Shown here: piece by piece, positions 23,625-31,851 of the stretch | Layout: every line of letters begins with the position of its first letter | Position numbering within the stretch: the stretch's first letter is position 1 | DNA from: Nostoc punctiforme PCC 73102 | GTDB lineage: Bacteria > Cyanobacteriota > Cyanobacteriia > Cyanobacteriales > Nostocaceae | DNA: 32,000 bases | Direction: 5' to 3' | Assembly: GCF_000020025.1 (NCBI RefSeq) | Contig: NC_010628.1 | Location: 7,560,001-7,592,000 of the forward strand | Program-made: the position numbers and the translations under genes | Notes under the pieces: generated by a model | What the model was told of the DNA's origin: nothing | The model's database searches: none | The model's input: the letters and a program-made list of their open reading frames with translations, nothing else

Positions 23625-25793
23625 ATGTTCGATCTATTCAAACCCCATAAAAATTACCAGTGTGTTTTGCAGTTGAGTGAAGAAGACTGTGGAGCCGCCA
23701 GCCTTGCTTCAATTTGCAAACATTACGGACGTTTTTTAAGCATAAATCGCAGTCGAGATGCCGTTGGAACTGGACAGCTAGGAACAACTTTGCTGGGTTT
23801 AAAGCGTGGATCTGAGAATCTGGGTTTTAATGCCAGGGCAGTGAAAGCTTCACCTGCGATCGTGGATAGAATCACAGAAATCAATCTACCAGCAATTATT
23901 CATTGGCGGGGTTATCATTGGGTTGTTTTATACACCAAGCGCGGCAATAAGTACGTTATTGCCGATCCAGCTGTGGGTATCCGTTATATTAACCAAGAAG
24001 AGTTAACAGAAGCTTGGAATGGGGTGATGCTCTTACTAGAGCCAGATCCAGTCCGCTTTTTTGAGCAGCCCGCAGAAGAAGCAAAAGGTGGCTTAAGTCG
24101 CTTTTTAGTACGCATCTTGCCTTATCGTGGACTGCTAACTCAAGTTTTAACGATCAATATTGTCTTAGGTCTGTTGGCTCTAGGTACTCCCGTCTTGATC
24201 CAACTGCTTACAGATGATGTACTTGTGCGTGGAGATACCCAGTTACTCACTGTTGTGATCTCAGCCGTTGTAGTTATGAGCTTATTCGGCAGTACTTTGC
24301 AACTATTGCAGGCGATTATGATTGCTCATTTTGGGCAGCGACTGCAATTAGGATTAGTCTTGGAATTTGGGCGAAAAATTCTCCAATTGCCTTTAAATTA
24401 CTACGAAGCTCGTCGTAGTGGTGAAATCACTAGCCGTCTGCGAGATATCAACGACATCAACCAGTTGGTATCGCAAATTGTAGTTCTTTTACCTAGCCAA
24501 TTTTTTGTTGCCGTGGTTTCTTTTGGCCTGATGCTGTTTTACAGCTGGAAACTGACAATGGCAGTCGTAGTTTTTGCTGGGTTAATTACCCTCTCTACGC
24601 TACCCTTTTTACCCATCCTCCAACAAAAAACCCGCAGTCTCTTAGTTTTAGGGACGGAAAATCAAGGTGTTTTGGTGGAAACATTTAAGGGCGCACAAGT
24701 AATCAAAACTACAAATGCCGCTCCGCAGTTTTGGGATGAATTTCAAAGCCGCTTTGGCTGCCTTGCTAACTTGACTTTTAGCACCATCCAAATCGGTATT
24801 ATCAACGGTACTATTAGCAAGCTTATAGCTAGCCTTGGTGGTGTGATTTTACTTGGTTTAGGAAGTATCTTGGTGATTAATGGGGAATTAAGCATTGGTC
24901 AAATGTTGGCTTTTAACGCCTTACAGTTCAATGTTCTGGCTTTAATTAACTCACTGGTTGGCTTAGTAGATGAATATTTTCGCTCTCAAACAGCAATTTC
25001 TCGCCTTCTAGAAGTTATCGATGCGACACCGGAAGTAGTCGGAGGTAGCCAAAAGCCGGTTGTCCAAATTTCTAGTGATGCAGACATTCGCTGTTCCCAT
25101 GTCCAATTTCACCACCCTGGCAGAGTTGACTTATTAGAGGATTTTTCTCTCAAACTTCCTGGAGGGAAAGCGATCGCTTTGATTGGTAAGTCAGGTTGTG
25201 GTAAAAGTACTTTAGCGAAAGTGATTGCAGGCTTATATCAGCCTAACTCTGGCAATATCCGCATTGGTTTCTATAACATCAACGACCTTTCCCTGGATTG
25301 TTTGCGACAACAAGTAGTCTATGTACCCCAAGAACCTCATTTCTGGAGTCGCTCAATTTTAGAAAACTTCCGCTTAGGAACACCTTATATTTCCTTTGAG
25401 GAAATTGTCAAAGCTTGCCAGATAGCTGATGCAGATGAGTTTATCAGCCAACTTCCGAATCAGTATCAAACAGTTTTAGGGGAATTTGGGGCAAATATCT
25501 CTGGTGGACAAAGACAACGATTAGCGATCGCTAGAGGCATTCTTACCAATCCACCTGTACTGATTTTAGACGAAGCAACAGCTGGACTCGATCCAGTCAG
25601 TGAATCTCACGTACTAGACAGGCTTTTGGAATACCGAGAAGGCAAAACTACTATTTTGATTACCCATCGTCCCAGCGTAATTAATCGAGCCGATTGGATT
25701 GTACTACTAGATAAAGGTCAGGTACAAATACAAGGCGATCTTGAGACTTTTCTCTCTCAGCAAGGAGAGCATTTAAAGTTTTTATCACTGTAA
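23625..25793 (+). CDS. Peptidase C39 domain-containing ABC transporter (bacteriocin/peptide processing exporter)
   Basis: The N-terminal C39 motifs are QLSEEDCGAASLASI (Cys), GYHWVVL (His) and IADPA (Asp). There are six TM segments. The nucleotide-binding motifs are Walker A GKSGCGKST, signature ISGGQRQRLAIAR, Walker B VLILDEAT and H-loop ITHR. Confidence 0.9.
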   Translation: MFDLFKPHKNYQCVLQLSEEDCGAASLASICKHYGRFLSINRSRDAVGTGQLGTTLLGLKRGSENLGFNARAVKASPAIVDRITEINLPAIIHWRGYHWVVLYTKRGNKYVIADPAVGIRYINQEELTEAWNGVMLLLEPDPVRFFEQPAEEAKGGLSRFLVRILPYRGLLTQVLTINIVLGLLALGTPVLIQLLTDDVLVRGDTQLLTVVISAVVVMSLFGSTLQLLQAIMIAHFGQRLQLGLVLEFGRKILQLPLNYYEARRSGEITSRLRDINDINQLVSQIVVLLPSQFFVAVVSFGLMLFYSWKLTMAVVVFAGLITLSTLPFLPILQQKTRSLLVLGTENQGVLVETFKGAQVIKTTNAAPQFWDEFQSRFGCLANLTFSTIQIGIINGTISKLIASLGGVILLGLGSILVINGELSIGQMLAFNALQFNVLALINSLVGLVDEYFRSQTAISRLLEVIDATPEVVGGSQKPVVQISSDADIRCSHVQFHHPGRVDLLEDFSLKLPGGKAIALIGKSGCGKSTLAKVIAGLYQPNSGNIRIGFYNINDLSLDCLRQQVVYVPQEPHFWSRSILENFRLGTPYISFEEIVKACQIADADEFISQLPNQYQTVLGEFGANISGGQRQRLAIARGILTNPPVLILDEATAGLDPVSESHVLDRLLEYREGKTTILITHRPSVINRADWIVLLDKGQVQIQGDLETFLSQQGEHLKFLSL

Positions 25794-25823
25794 AAAATAG
25801 TCTTTGTATGAGCAAATAAAACT

Positions 25824-26141
25824 ATGTCTGAAAATACCAAATCCCATCATCCTGAATGGCTCAGTGATTTGTCGGAAAAAGAACAGGAAAACTTAGCTGC
25901 TGGGCAAATCACAAATATACCTGGCGGAAGTAATTTTTTTCTCCAGCAAACTAATATCCAAAGTGCGGCAGACAATACATTAAAGCTTGTAAGTGGTGAT
26001 GTTTCTTCACAAAAAACTAGATATAGTTTGTCACAATTTACTATTGGATCTTCCATAACGTTTGGTTTACCAAGCTCTAGTTTAGGAGAGAATAAATGGA
26101 AAAATTTAATTGCCAATCTATTAAATAGTATCTTCTCATAA
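25824..26141 (+). CDS. Leader-peptide precursor P2 (105 aa) with a variant Ala-Gly site
   Basis: LSDLSEKEQENLAAG aligns with the L(-12) S(-11) ... L(-4) x x G(-1) positions of P3 and P4. The start lies 31 nt after the ABC stop. The core is Ser/Thr/Gln-rich. Confidence 0.65.
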   Translation: MSENTKSHHPEWLSDLSEKEQENLAAGQITNIPGGSNFFLQQTNIQSAADNTLKLVSGDVSSQKTRYSLSQFTIGSSITFGLPSSSLGENKWKNLIANLLNSIFS

Positions 26142-26173
26142 AAGTTATTTTTTGGAAAATAAATCTTCTAGAC

Positions 26174-26201
26174 GTAGAGGCACAATTACTCGTGCCTCTA
26201 C
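26174..26201 (+). terminator. Hairpin after P2
   Basis: GTAGAGGCAC (26174-26183) pairs with GTGCCTCTAC (26192-26201), a 10-bp perfect stem with an 8-nt loop, followed by ATTTGTT. Confidence 0.55.
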
Positions 26202-26461
26202 ATTTGTTAATAAGATATAGATATCTCAAATCTTAGGTTCCTAAGTCAAGATAAAACTTGAGGTATTTATCAATATTTGGTGCGGTTTTACCAATATTAA
26301 AATGCAAAATTATTTTGATTTTTATTTTATTTTTCATGAGTCAAAAGGAATAAGTTTGTTATTATTATTTCTAACCTGAGAATAATTTAAACTGTCAAAA
26401 AATAATTACTATTAAAAATATAGGTGAATAACACCTATGTTAGTAAGTGAGGTAAAAAATT

Positions 26462-26704
26462 ATGTCAAATCAAATTACCATGTCTGATTTGCTTGTGGAC
26501 TTATCTACAGAGCAACAACAGCTTCTAGCTGGTGGACAAAATGGTGAAGAAGGAGACTCAGGCGATCAAGAATCAGGTGATGAAGGAGCGGTTGATGAAG
26601 AGCCTTCTTCCGTTGGTGGAGGCCCATCTCCAGGCACTTCCCGTCGTAAACGATTCTTTATTAGTGGTATCGTGAGTCTCCGTAAAATCCCAAGGTGGTC
26701 CTAA
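26462..26704 (+). CDS. Double-glycine leader peptide precursor P3 (80 aa), acidic-then-basic core
   Basis: The leader is MSNQITMSDLLVDLSTEQQQLLAGG. GTGAGG lies 9 nt before the ATG. The core is QNGEEGDSGDQESGDEGAVDEEPSSVGGGPSPGTSRRKRFFISGIVSLRKIPRWS. Confidence 0.8.
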   Translation: MSNQITMSDLLVDLSTEQQQLLAGGQNGEEGDSGDQESGDEGAVDEEPSSVGGGPSPGTSRRKRFFISGIVSLRKIPRWS

Positions 26705-26798
26705 ACTTTGGAATTAGTGGGGAAAAGAAAAGCTCATAATAATTCTCTCAAGATAAATTCAATTTTGAGAAAGGATTTGAGCAGTCTCCTATAACCAG

Positions 26799-26820
26799 AC
26801 AAGGGGCTTAAGCCCCTTGT
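26799..26820 (+). terminator. 22-nt perfect palindrome between P3 and P4
   Basis: ACAAGGGGCTTAAGCCCCTTGT. There is no clear T-run, so it may attenuate rather than terminate. Confidence 0.4.
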
Positions 26821-26926
26821 TAAATATAGGTAAACTCCGTTTACTTCAGAGAAAAGTACAGCAAAAGCTGTCTCCCTCAAGGCACTAGCCATTCTTTTGC
26901 ACTGTACAAAAGTGAGGCAAACAATT

Positions 26927-27112
26927 ATGTCATCTCAATCCATCCAATCCGATTTGCTTGTCGAGCTATCCATAGAGCAACAGGAGCTTTTAGGTGGAGG
27001 TTACGTCCGCAGGTGGGGCGGCGGTTTGCGTCCTAGATGGCGCGGCGGTTTGCGTCCTAAATGGGGCGGCGGTTGGCGTCGTGGATGGGGCAGTCCCAGA
27101 TCCTGGTACTAA
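26927..27112 (+). CDS. Double-glycine leader peptide precursor P4 (61 aa), Arg/Trp/Gly-rich cationic core
   Basis: The leader is MSSQSIQSDLLVELSIEQQELLGGG. I prefer ATG 26927, 9 nt after GTGAGG, to the TTG at 26897. The core is YVRRWGGGLRPRWRGGLRPKWGGGWRRGWGSPRSWY. Confidence 0.8.
   Translation: MSSQSIQSDLLVELSIEQQELLGGGYVRRWGGGLRPRWRGGLRPKWGGGWRRGWGSPRSWY
27017..27088 (+). repeat. Three tandem 24-nt repeats encoding GGGLRPRW / RGGLRPKW / GGGWRRGW
   Basis: Units: GGCGGCGGTTTGCGTCCTAGATGG, CGCGGCGGTTTGCGTCCTAAATGG and GGCGGCGGTTGGCGTCGTGGATGG. They are in frame within P4. Confidence 0.9.
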
Positions 27113-27278
27113 GCCTATTTAACTTGCACTTTTTGCCGTCTGGAATACTTGCAACAAGGCTTTCCACTCCCAATGCTAAAAAACCAACAGATGATAAGAA
27201 ATATGCCGAAGTTTGCAAGTCAGGGCAGAACAAGTGCGTATCTCTGTATTCCGCGTTTTAGACTAAGCTTGAAAGACG

Positions 27279-27306
27279 AAAAAGCCCGTTAAAACGGGCT
27301 TTTATC
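27279..27306. terminator. Bidirectional terminator between the peptide genes and the convergent hydrolase gene
   Basis: AAAGCCCGT-TAAA-ACGGGCTTT, flanked by an A-run on the left and TTATCTT on the right. Confidence 0.65.
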
Positions 27307-27418
27307 TTATATTAATTCTCTGTAAACTTGCACTTAATAATTACTCTTTTACCGCTACCAGATGTATTCTCTACATAGTTTGTGTCTGTGGCAAGCAATA
27401 AAAGCTTTCAACTGAATC

Positions 27419-28321
27419 TCACACTGCCGATCGCTCCCAAATCCAATCAAGTAAAATCGGATTGACTAACTCTGGTGCTTCATCTTGGGGACAATGCCCA
27501 ACTCCTTCTAAAGGAATAAACTTTTGTACCTGTGGGAAATTAGCCAATTCTCTACCTAACTTAATTGGTTCCCAGGGATCGGCCGTTCCCCACAAGATAA
27601 TTGCCGGACAAGGTAGCAGCGGTAAAAGGTCTTCTGGTAGAGGCCCTGTAGAATAAGAAGTGAAGGCAAGGAAAACAGCTACAGCCCCCGGATCGCTTGC
27701 TGGTGAAGTGAGAATATCCACCAACTCATCTGTTACCATCTCAGGATTCGCATAAGCTTTTAGTAAAATCTTCCGTACTGTTTTCGGTTTGGCAAGTTGA
27801 TTGAAAAAGAAATCACCAACTGGTTTGATAGAAAGCAAGCGTTGCAGTAAGGGCGCTCCGACACGACGAGTCCAAGGTAAAGTTACCCGTTTGCGATCGT
27901 GCAACAGCCGTAAAGAACAGTTGAGCAATGCAACTCCCAAGGCAATATCTGGGTTGCTAACAGCTGCTTGCATAGCTACAATACAGCCAATAGAATTTCC
28001 AACTAAAAAAGCAGGTTCGCCGACAACTTCACGGCAAAAATCTGCTATTTGTTGTCCCCATGTTTCTAGAGTGTAGGTAATTTTTTCACCAGGTTTAGGT
28101 TTTGCGGAACCGCCAAAACCAATCAAATCAATAGCATAAACTCGGCAATTTTGTGCTAACACGGGAATATTTTTCCGCCAATGCCACCAAGAAGCGCCAA
28201 ATCCATGCACGAGGACAACAGCAGGTCCAGTGGTTCCTTGGGTTTGATAGCAGATAGGGAAATCTTGCCAAATCCAGGTTTCTGTAGAGGTAAATGCTGT
28301 TTTTGAACTTGAGGTTGTCAT
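27419..28321 (-). CDS. Alpha/beta-fold hydrolase
   Basis: 300 aa. The oxyanion HG motif is VVLVHGFGAS and the nucleophile elbow is GNSIG. The C-terminal His lies in GVGHCPQDE. Confidence 0.8.
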   Translation of the reverse strand: MTTSSSKTAFTSTETWIWQDFPICYQTQGTTGPAVVLVHGFGASWWHWRKNIPVLAQNCRVYAIDLIGFGGSAKPKPGEKITYTLETWGQQIADFCREVVGEPAFLVGNSIGCIVAMQAAVSNPDIALGVALLNCSLRLLHDRKRVTLPWTRRVGAPLLQRLLSIKPVGDFFFNQLAKPKTVRKILLKAYANPEMVTDELVDILTSPASDPGAVAVFLAFTSYSTGPLPEDLLPLLPCPAIILWGTADPWEPIKLGRELANFPQVQKFIPLEGVGHCPQDEAPELVNPILLDWIWERSAV

Positions 28322-28577
28322 GGGAAATTTTAGGAATACAAGAGTAAAAGCCCGTCAGCAGCAAGGCGTAAGTAAAATTCTTTTGAATTTGAATAAAATT
28401 TATCAGATTTTCAAATAAAATCCTTTGGTCTAGTGATAACTTAGACATACACTAGAAAAGCTTCTAGGTTGATAGTTTTATCCAGGTAAAGAGTTTTCAT
28501 CTTGTTGATAGAGGTAATTTCCTCACAACTTAGATTATGTCAGCATTAGGAATCATCGCTTCTATAATATGAGTAAT

Positions 28578-29580
28578 AGACTTGTCGGGAAATAAGAGAG
28601 AATAGACAGCAGTGGTAGGGAAGAATGATGCTGAATATTGAAGGTGCGCTGAAGCAAGACCGACTGTTGAGGGCATTAACTGGGTTGAACCGGAAAGCAT
28701 TTGATGCCCTTTTGCCCACGTTTACCACGATGTACCTAGATACTCAACAGGCCAAGCCTCGTCAACGTGGCCTGGGTGGAGGACGCAAAGCCCGCTTACT
28801 TACAGCCCAAGACAAATTGTTTTTCATCCTTTTCTATTTCAAATGTTATCCGACCTTCGATGTGGCGGGACTGCTCTTTGATATGCATCGCTCCCAGGCA
28901 CATGAGTGGATGCATCGATTGCAGCCAATATTAGAAGCGGCTTTGGGACAGAAGATGGCGCTGCCGGAACGCCATCTCGAAAGCATTGAAGCATTTTTGT
29001 CACGCTTTCCAGGAGTGCAACGAGTGATGATTGATGGGACAGAACGCCCAATTGCGCGACCTCAAGAAAGAGAACAACAACAACAGAATTACTCCGGTAA
29101 AAAGAAACGTCATACGCGTAAACACTTGGCGGCAGTTGATGAAACCAAACGGGTCTTGATCTTAAGCAAAGCACGAGAAGGCAAACTGCATGACAAACGT
29201 TTTCATGACGAAGATGACATTGCAGGTAGTGTGCCTGATGAAATTCCGATTGAAGTAGACTCGGGCTTTCAGGGATTACAGAAGCAGTATGACAATCTCC
29301 ATCTTCCTCACAAAAAGCCCAAAGGGGGCAAGTTAAGTGACCTTCAAAAAACGGAGAATCGTCAATTGAGTCAATCCCGTGTAGTTTGCGAAAATGCCTT
29401 TGCTGGTGTGAAGCGCTACAACGCCGCCAGTGTCATTTATCGTAATCGGATTGAAAACTTTGATGACCATTTGATGCTGACCGCAGCAGGATTATGGAAC
29501 TTCTACTTGATGGCTGCTTAAGAGAATCCCAATTACAAGACCAGCATTGCCTCACTTATCTTTTATTTCCCGACAACTCT
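28578..29580 (+). mobile_element. IS5-family (DDE_Tnp_4/Harbinger-like) insertion sequence, 1003 bp
   Basis: The TIRs are AGACTTGTCGGGAAATAAGAGA (28578-) and the reverse complement of TCTTTTATTTCCCGACAACTCT (-29580). They match at about 22 of the first 24 positions. AAT occurs on both flanks (28575-28577 and 29581-29583). Confidence 0.8.
28625..29521 (+). CDS. IS5-family DDE transposase
   Basis: 298 aa. It has an N-terminal HTH region. The candidate DDE residues are MIDGTERP, EVDSGFQG and CENAFAGVKRY. Confidence 0.8.
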   Translation: MMLNIEGALKQDRLLRALTGLNRKAFDALLPTFTTMYLDTQQAKPRQRGLGGGRKARLLTAQDKLFFILFYFKCYPTFDVAGLLFDMHRSQAHEWMHRLQPILEAALGQKMALPERHLESIEAFLSRFPGVQRVMIDGTERPIARPQEREQQQQNYSGKKKRHTRKHLAAVDETKRVLILSKAREGKLHDKRFHDEDDIAGSVPDEIPIEVDSGFQGLQKQYDNLHLPHKKPKGGKLSDLQKTENRQLSQSRVVCENAFAGVKRYNAASVIYRNRIENFDDHLMLTAAGLWNFYLMAA

Positions 29581-29776
29581 AATATTTTTGCCATTTTTTT
29601 AGATGTGAGTGAATTAGCATCAGTGCTAGATTCAGTAGATTCACAATTTACGATCGCTATTTTGATCTATAACATTGTCAGAATATGAGGCATCGGCTAA
29701 GGGGTGGTTTGCAACTGGAAACTGACGCTGAATTTAACAACATTTTTCTTGTTCCTAGTTCTGCGAGCCAGACAAT

Positions 29777-30331
29777 ATGAATATACTAGAAACAATCGAT
29801 ACTCCCATCGGGAGCTATGCACCCGATTTTGAACTGCCAGGAATTGACGGTCAAGTACACCATCTCAGGCGTTATCTTGAGAAGTTCCGAGCAGTGGGCG
29901 TTATTTCTATGTGTAACCACTGTCCTTATGTAGAGTGGTATATAGACAGGTTAAAAAAGATTCAAGCCAAATTTGCCCCCAAAGGCTTCACACTAATTGG
30001 GATGAATGGTAGTGATGGTAATCATGAAACTAGGACAAGCTTTGAAAATATGAAAGCTTTTGCCGAGCGTCACAATTTGAACTTTCCTTACCTGTGGGAC
30101 TCGACGCAAGATGTAACCCAAAGTTTTGGTGCTACGAAAACACCAATGGCCTTTTTAATAGATGCCAATGGTATAGTCCGCTACAAAGGCAAAATTGACA
30201 ATCATCCCCAAGATGCATCAGCAGTGGGAGAAGAATATTTAAGAACTGCGATCGCCTCTCTATTTCTTGGCCAACCAATAGATGTACCACAAACAGAACC
30301 AGTAGGTACTACATTGATTTGGCGTAACTAG
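29777..30331 (+). CDS. Thioredoxin-fold protein (redoxin/AhpC-TSA-like) with CxxC
   Basis: [10 protein letters not shown] is followed by the CNHCPYV redox motif. The length, 184 aa, fits the family. Confidence 0.75.
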   Translation: MNILETIDTPIGSYAPDFELPGIDGQVHHLRRYLEKFRAVGVISMCNHCPYVEWYIDRLKKIQAKFAPKGFTLIGMNGSDGNHETRTSFENMKAFAERHNLNFPYLWDSTQDVTQSFGATKTPMAFLIDANGIVRYKGKIDNHPQDASAVGEEYLRTAIASLFLGQPIDVPQTEPVGTTLIWRN

Positions 30332-30402
30332 ACATAGATAGTCCCTGTAACTGCTATCTTAAATTGGAGGCAATTGCAACTTTTTTGATAAAGCGTAACT
30401 TC

Positions 30403-31131
30403 ATGGGAACGAATTACCGACGGGTTTTACTCAAACTGAGCGGTGAAGCCTTAATGGGCAACATGGGCTATGGCATTGATCCAGAAGTGGTCAAAGGAAT
30501 AGCTCAAGAGGTAGCAGAGGTGATAGCCACTGGCGTTCAAATGGCCATCGTTGTTGGCGGCGGCAATATTTTTCGTGGCGTGAAAGCAGCGTCGGCGGGG
30601 ATGGACAGGGCAACCGCTGACTACATAGGGATGATTGCCACGGTAATGAACGCCATGACGTTGCAAGATTCGCTAGAACACATAGGGGTACAGACGCGGG
30701 TGCAAACTGCGATCGCTATGCAAGAATTAGCAGAACCATATATCCGTCGTCGTGCCATCCGTCATCTTGAAAAAGGGCGGGTGGTAATTTTTGGGGCTGG
30801 TTCTGGAAATCCCTTCTTTACTACAGATACTACTGCGGCACTTAGAGCAGCAGAAATTGATGCGGAAGTGATTTTTAAAGCCACCAAAGTAGACGGGGTG
30901 TATGATGCTGACCCTGAGATTTATCCTAACGCCAAGCGTTACAATAGCCTTACCTACGCGCACGTTCTAGCCAAAGATCTGCGGGTGATGGATAGTACTG
31001 CGATCGCCTTGTGTAAAGAAAATAATATCCCAATTCTGGTATTTGACCTAACGGTGCGAGGTAACATCCACCGAGCAGTCTTGGGAGAATCCATCGGTAC
31101 CCTTGTGGGAGGTTCTTGTGATATTAGCTGA
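30403..31131 (+). CDS. pyrH: UMP kinase
   Basis: [29 protein letters not shown] and [17 protein letters not shown] are present. I prefer ATG 30403 to the TTG at 30364. Confidence 0.95.
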   Translation: MGTNYRRVLLKLSGEALMGNMGYGIDPEVVKGIAQEVAEVIATGVQMAIVVGGGNIFRGVKAASAGMDRATADYIGMIATVMNAMTLQDSLEHIGVQTRVQTAIAMQELAEPYIRRRAIRHLEKGRVVIFGAGSGNPFFTTDTTAALRAAEIDAEVIFKATKVDGVYDADPEIYPNAKRYNSLTYAHVLAKDLRVMDSTAIALCKENNIPILVFDLTVRGNIHRAVLGESIGTLVGGSCDIS

Positions 31132-31666
31132 CGCGAAAAGCAAAATGCAAAGTTCTGTTGAGTCAACTCAACGAGCTTTTAACACGATCCGCACTGGTCG
31201 CGCCAATGCGAGTCTATTAGATAAGGTATTAGTGGACTATTACGGTTCACCTACACCCTTAAAATCACTGGCAAATATTAGCACGCCAGATGCCTCGACA
31301 ATTCTAATTCAACCTTACGAACGCAACACCCTAAACATTATTGAGAAGGCGATTTCTCTTTCAGATGTTGGTTTAACCCCCAGCAACGATGGTTCTGTAA
31401 TTCGGCTGAATATTCCGCCTTTGACAAGCGATCGCCGAAAAGAATTCGTCAAAATGGCTACTAAGTACGCTGAAGAGGGTCGTGTTGCTATTCGTAACAT
31501 CCGCCGCGATGCCATAGACTCGATTCGCAAGCAGGAGAAAGCCTCTGAAATCTCCAAAGATGAATCAAAAGACCAACAAGACAACTTGCAAAAACTCACA
31601 AACGAGTATACAAGCAGAATAGACGCACTATTGGCAGAAAAAGAAAAAGACATTACGACTGTTTAA
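31118..31666 (+). CDS. frr: Ribosome recycling factor
   Basis: [42 protein letters not shown] is canonical RRF. GTG 31118 gives a 182-aa product. The gene overlaps pyrH by 14 nt. Confidence 0.9.
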   Translation: MILADAKSKMQSSVESTQRAFNTIRTGRANASLLDKVLVDYYGSPTPLKSLANISTPDASTILIQPYERNTLNIIEKAISLSDVGLTPSNDGSVIRLNIPPLTSDRRKEFVKMATKYAEEGRVAIRNIRRDAIDSIRKQEKASEISKDESKDQQDNLQKLTNEYTSRIDALLAEKEKDITTV

Positions 31667-31778
31667 AGTCTAAAGTTTGAAGCATAAAGGCTGAAGGATG
31701 ATGGTAAAATTCTTCAGCCTTTATCATTGTTTAGGTATCTCACAAAAATTAAACAAGTAAGTAGACGTAAATAATTAA

Positions 31779-31810
31779 AGTAGGGGCAATTAATGGATTG
31801 TGCCCCTACT
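31779..31810. repeat. Hairpin repeat AGTAGGGGCAATTAATGGATTGTGCCCCTACT (same family as 17333-17360)
   Basis: GTAGGGGCA pairs with TGCCCCTAC. It lies about 110 nt after the frr stop and may act as a terminator. Confidence 0.8.
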
Positions 31811-31851
31811 CAAGAGAAAATCAACTAATTCAGGAGCCAAAATTCAGCCTT

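Noticed and set aside
27061-27261. 66-aa ORF overlapping the end of P4
   Set aside because: It is an alternative frame of the GC-rich repeat region, extending into the terminator spacer. It has no leader motif or ribosome-binding module.
28128-28728. ORFs 28128-28448 and 28546-28728 (minus strand) and 29494-29688 (plus strand)
   Set aside because: They overlap the hydrolase 5' end and promoter region, or span the IS termini. Their composition is low-complexity, so they are most likely spurious.
17333-31810. GTAGGGGCAATT...GCCCCTAC palindromes as specific regulatory sites
   Set aside because: Both copies look like members of a dispersed Nostocales hairpin repeat family sitting in intergenic terminator positions. 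There is no evidence here for gene-specific regulation.
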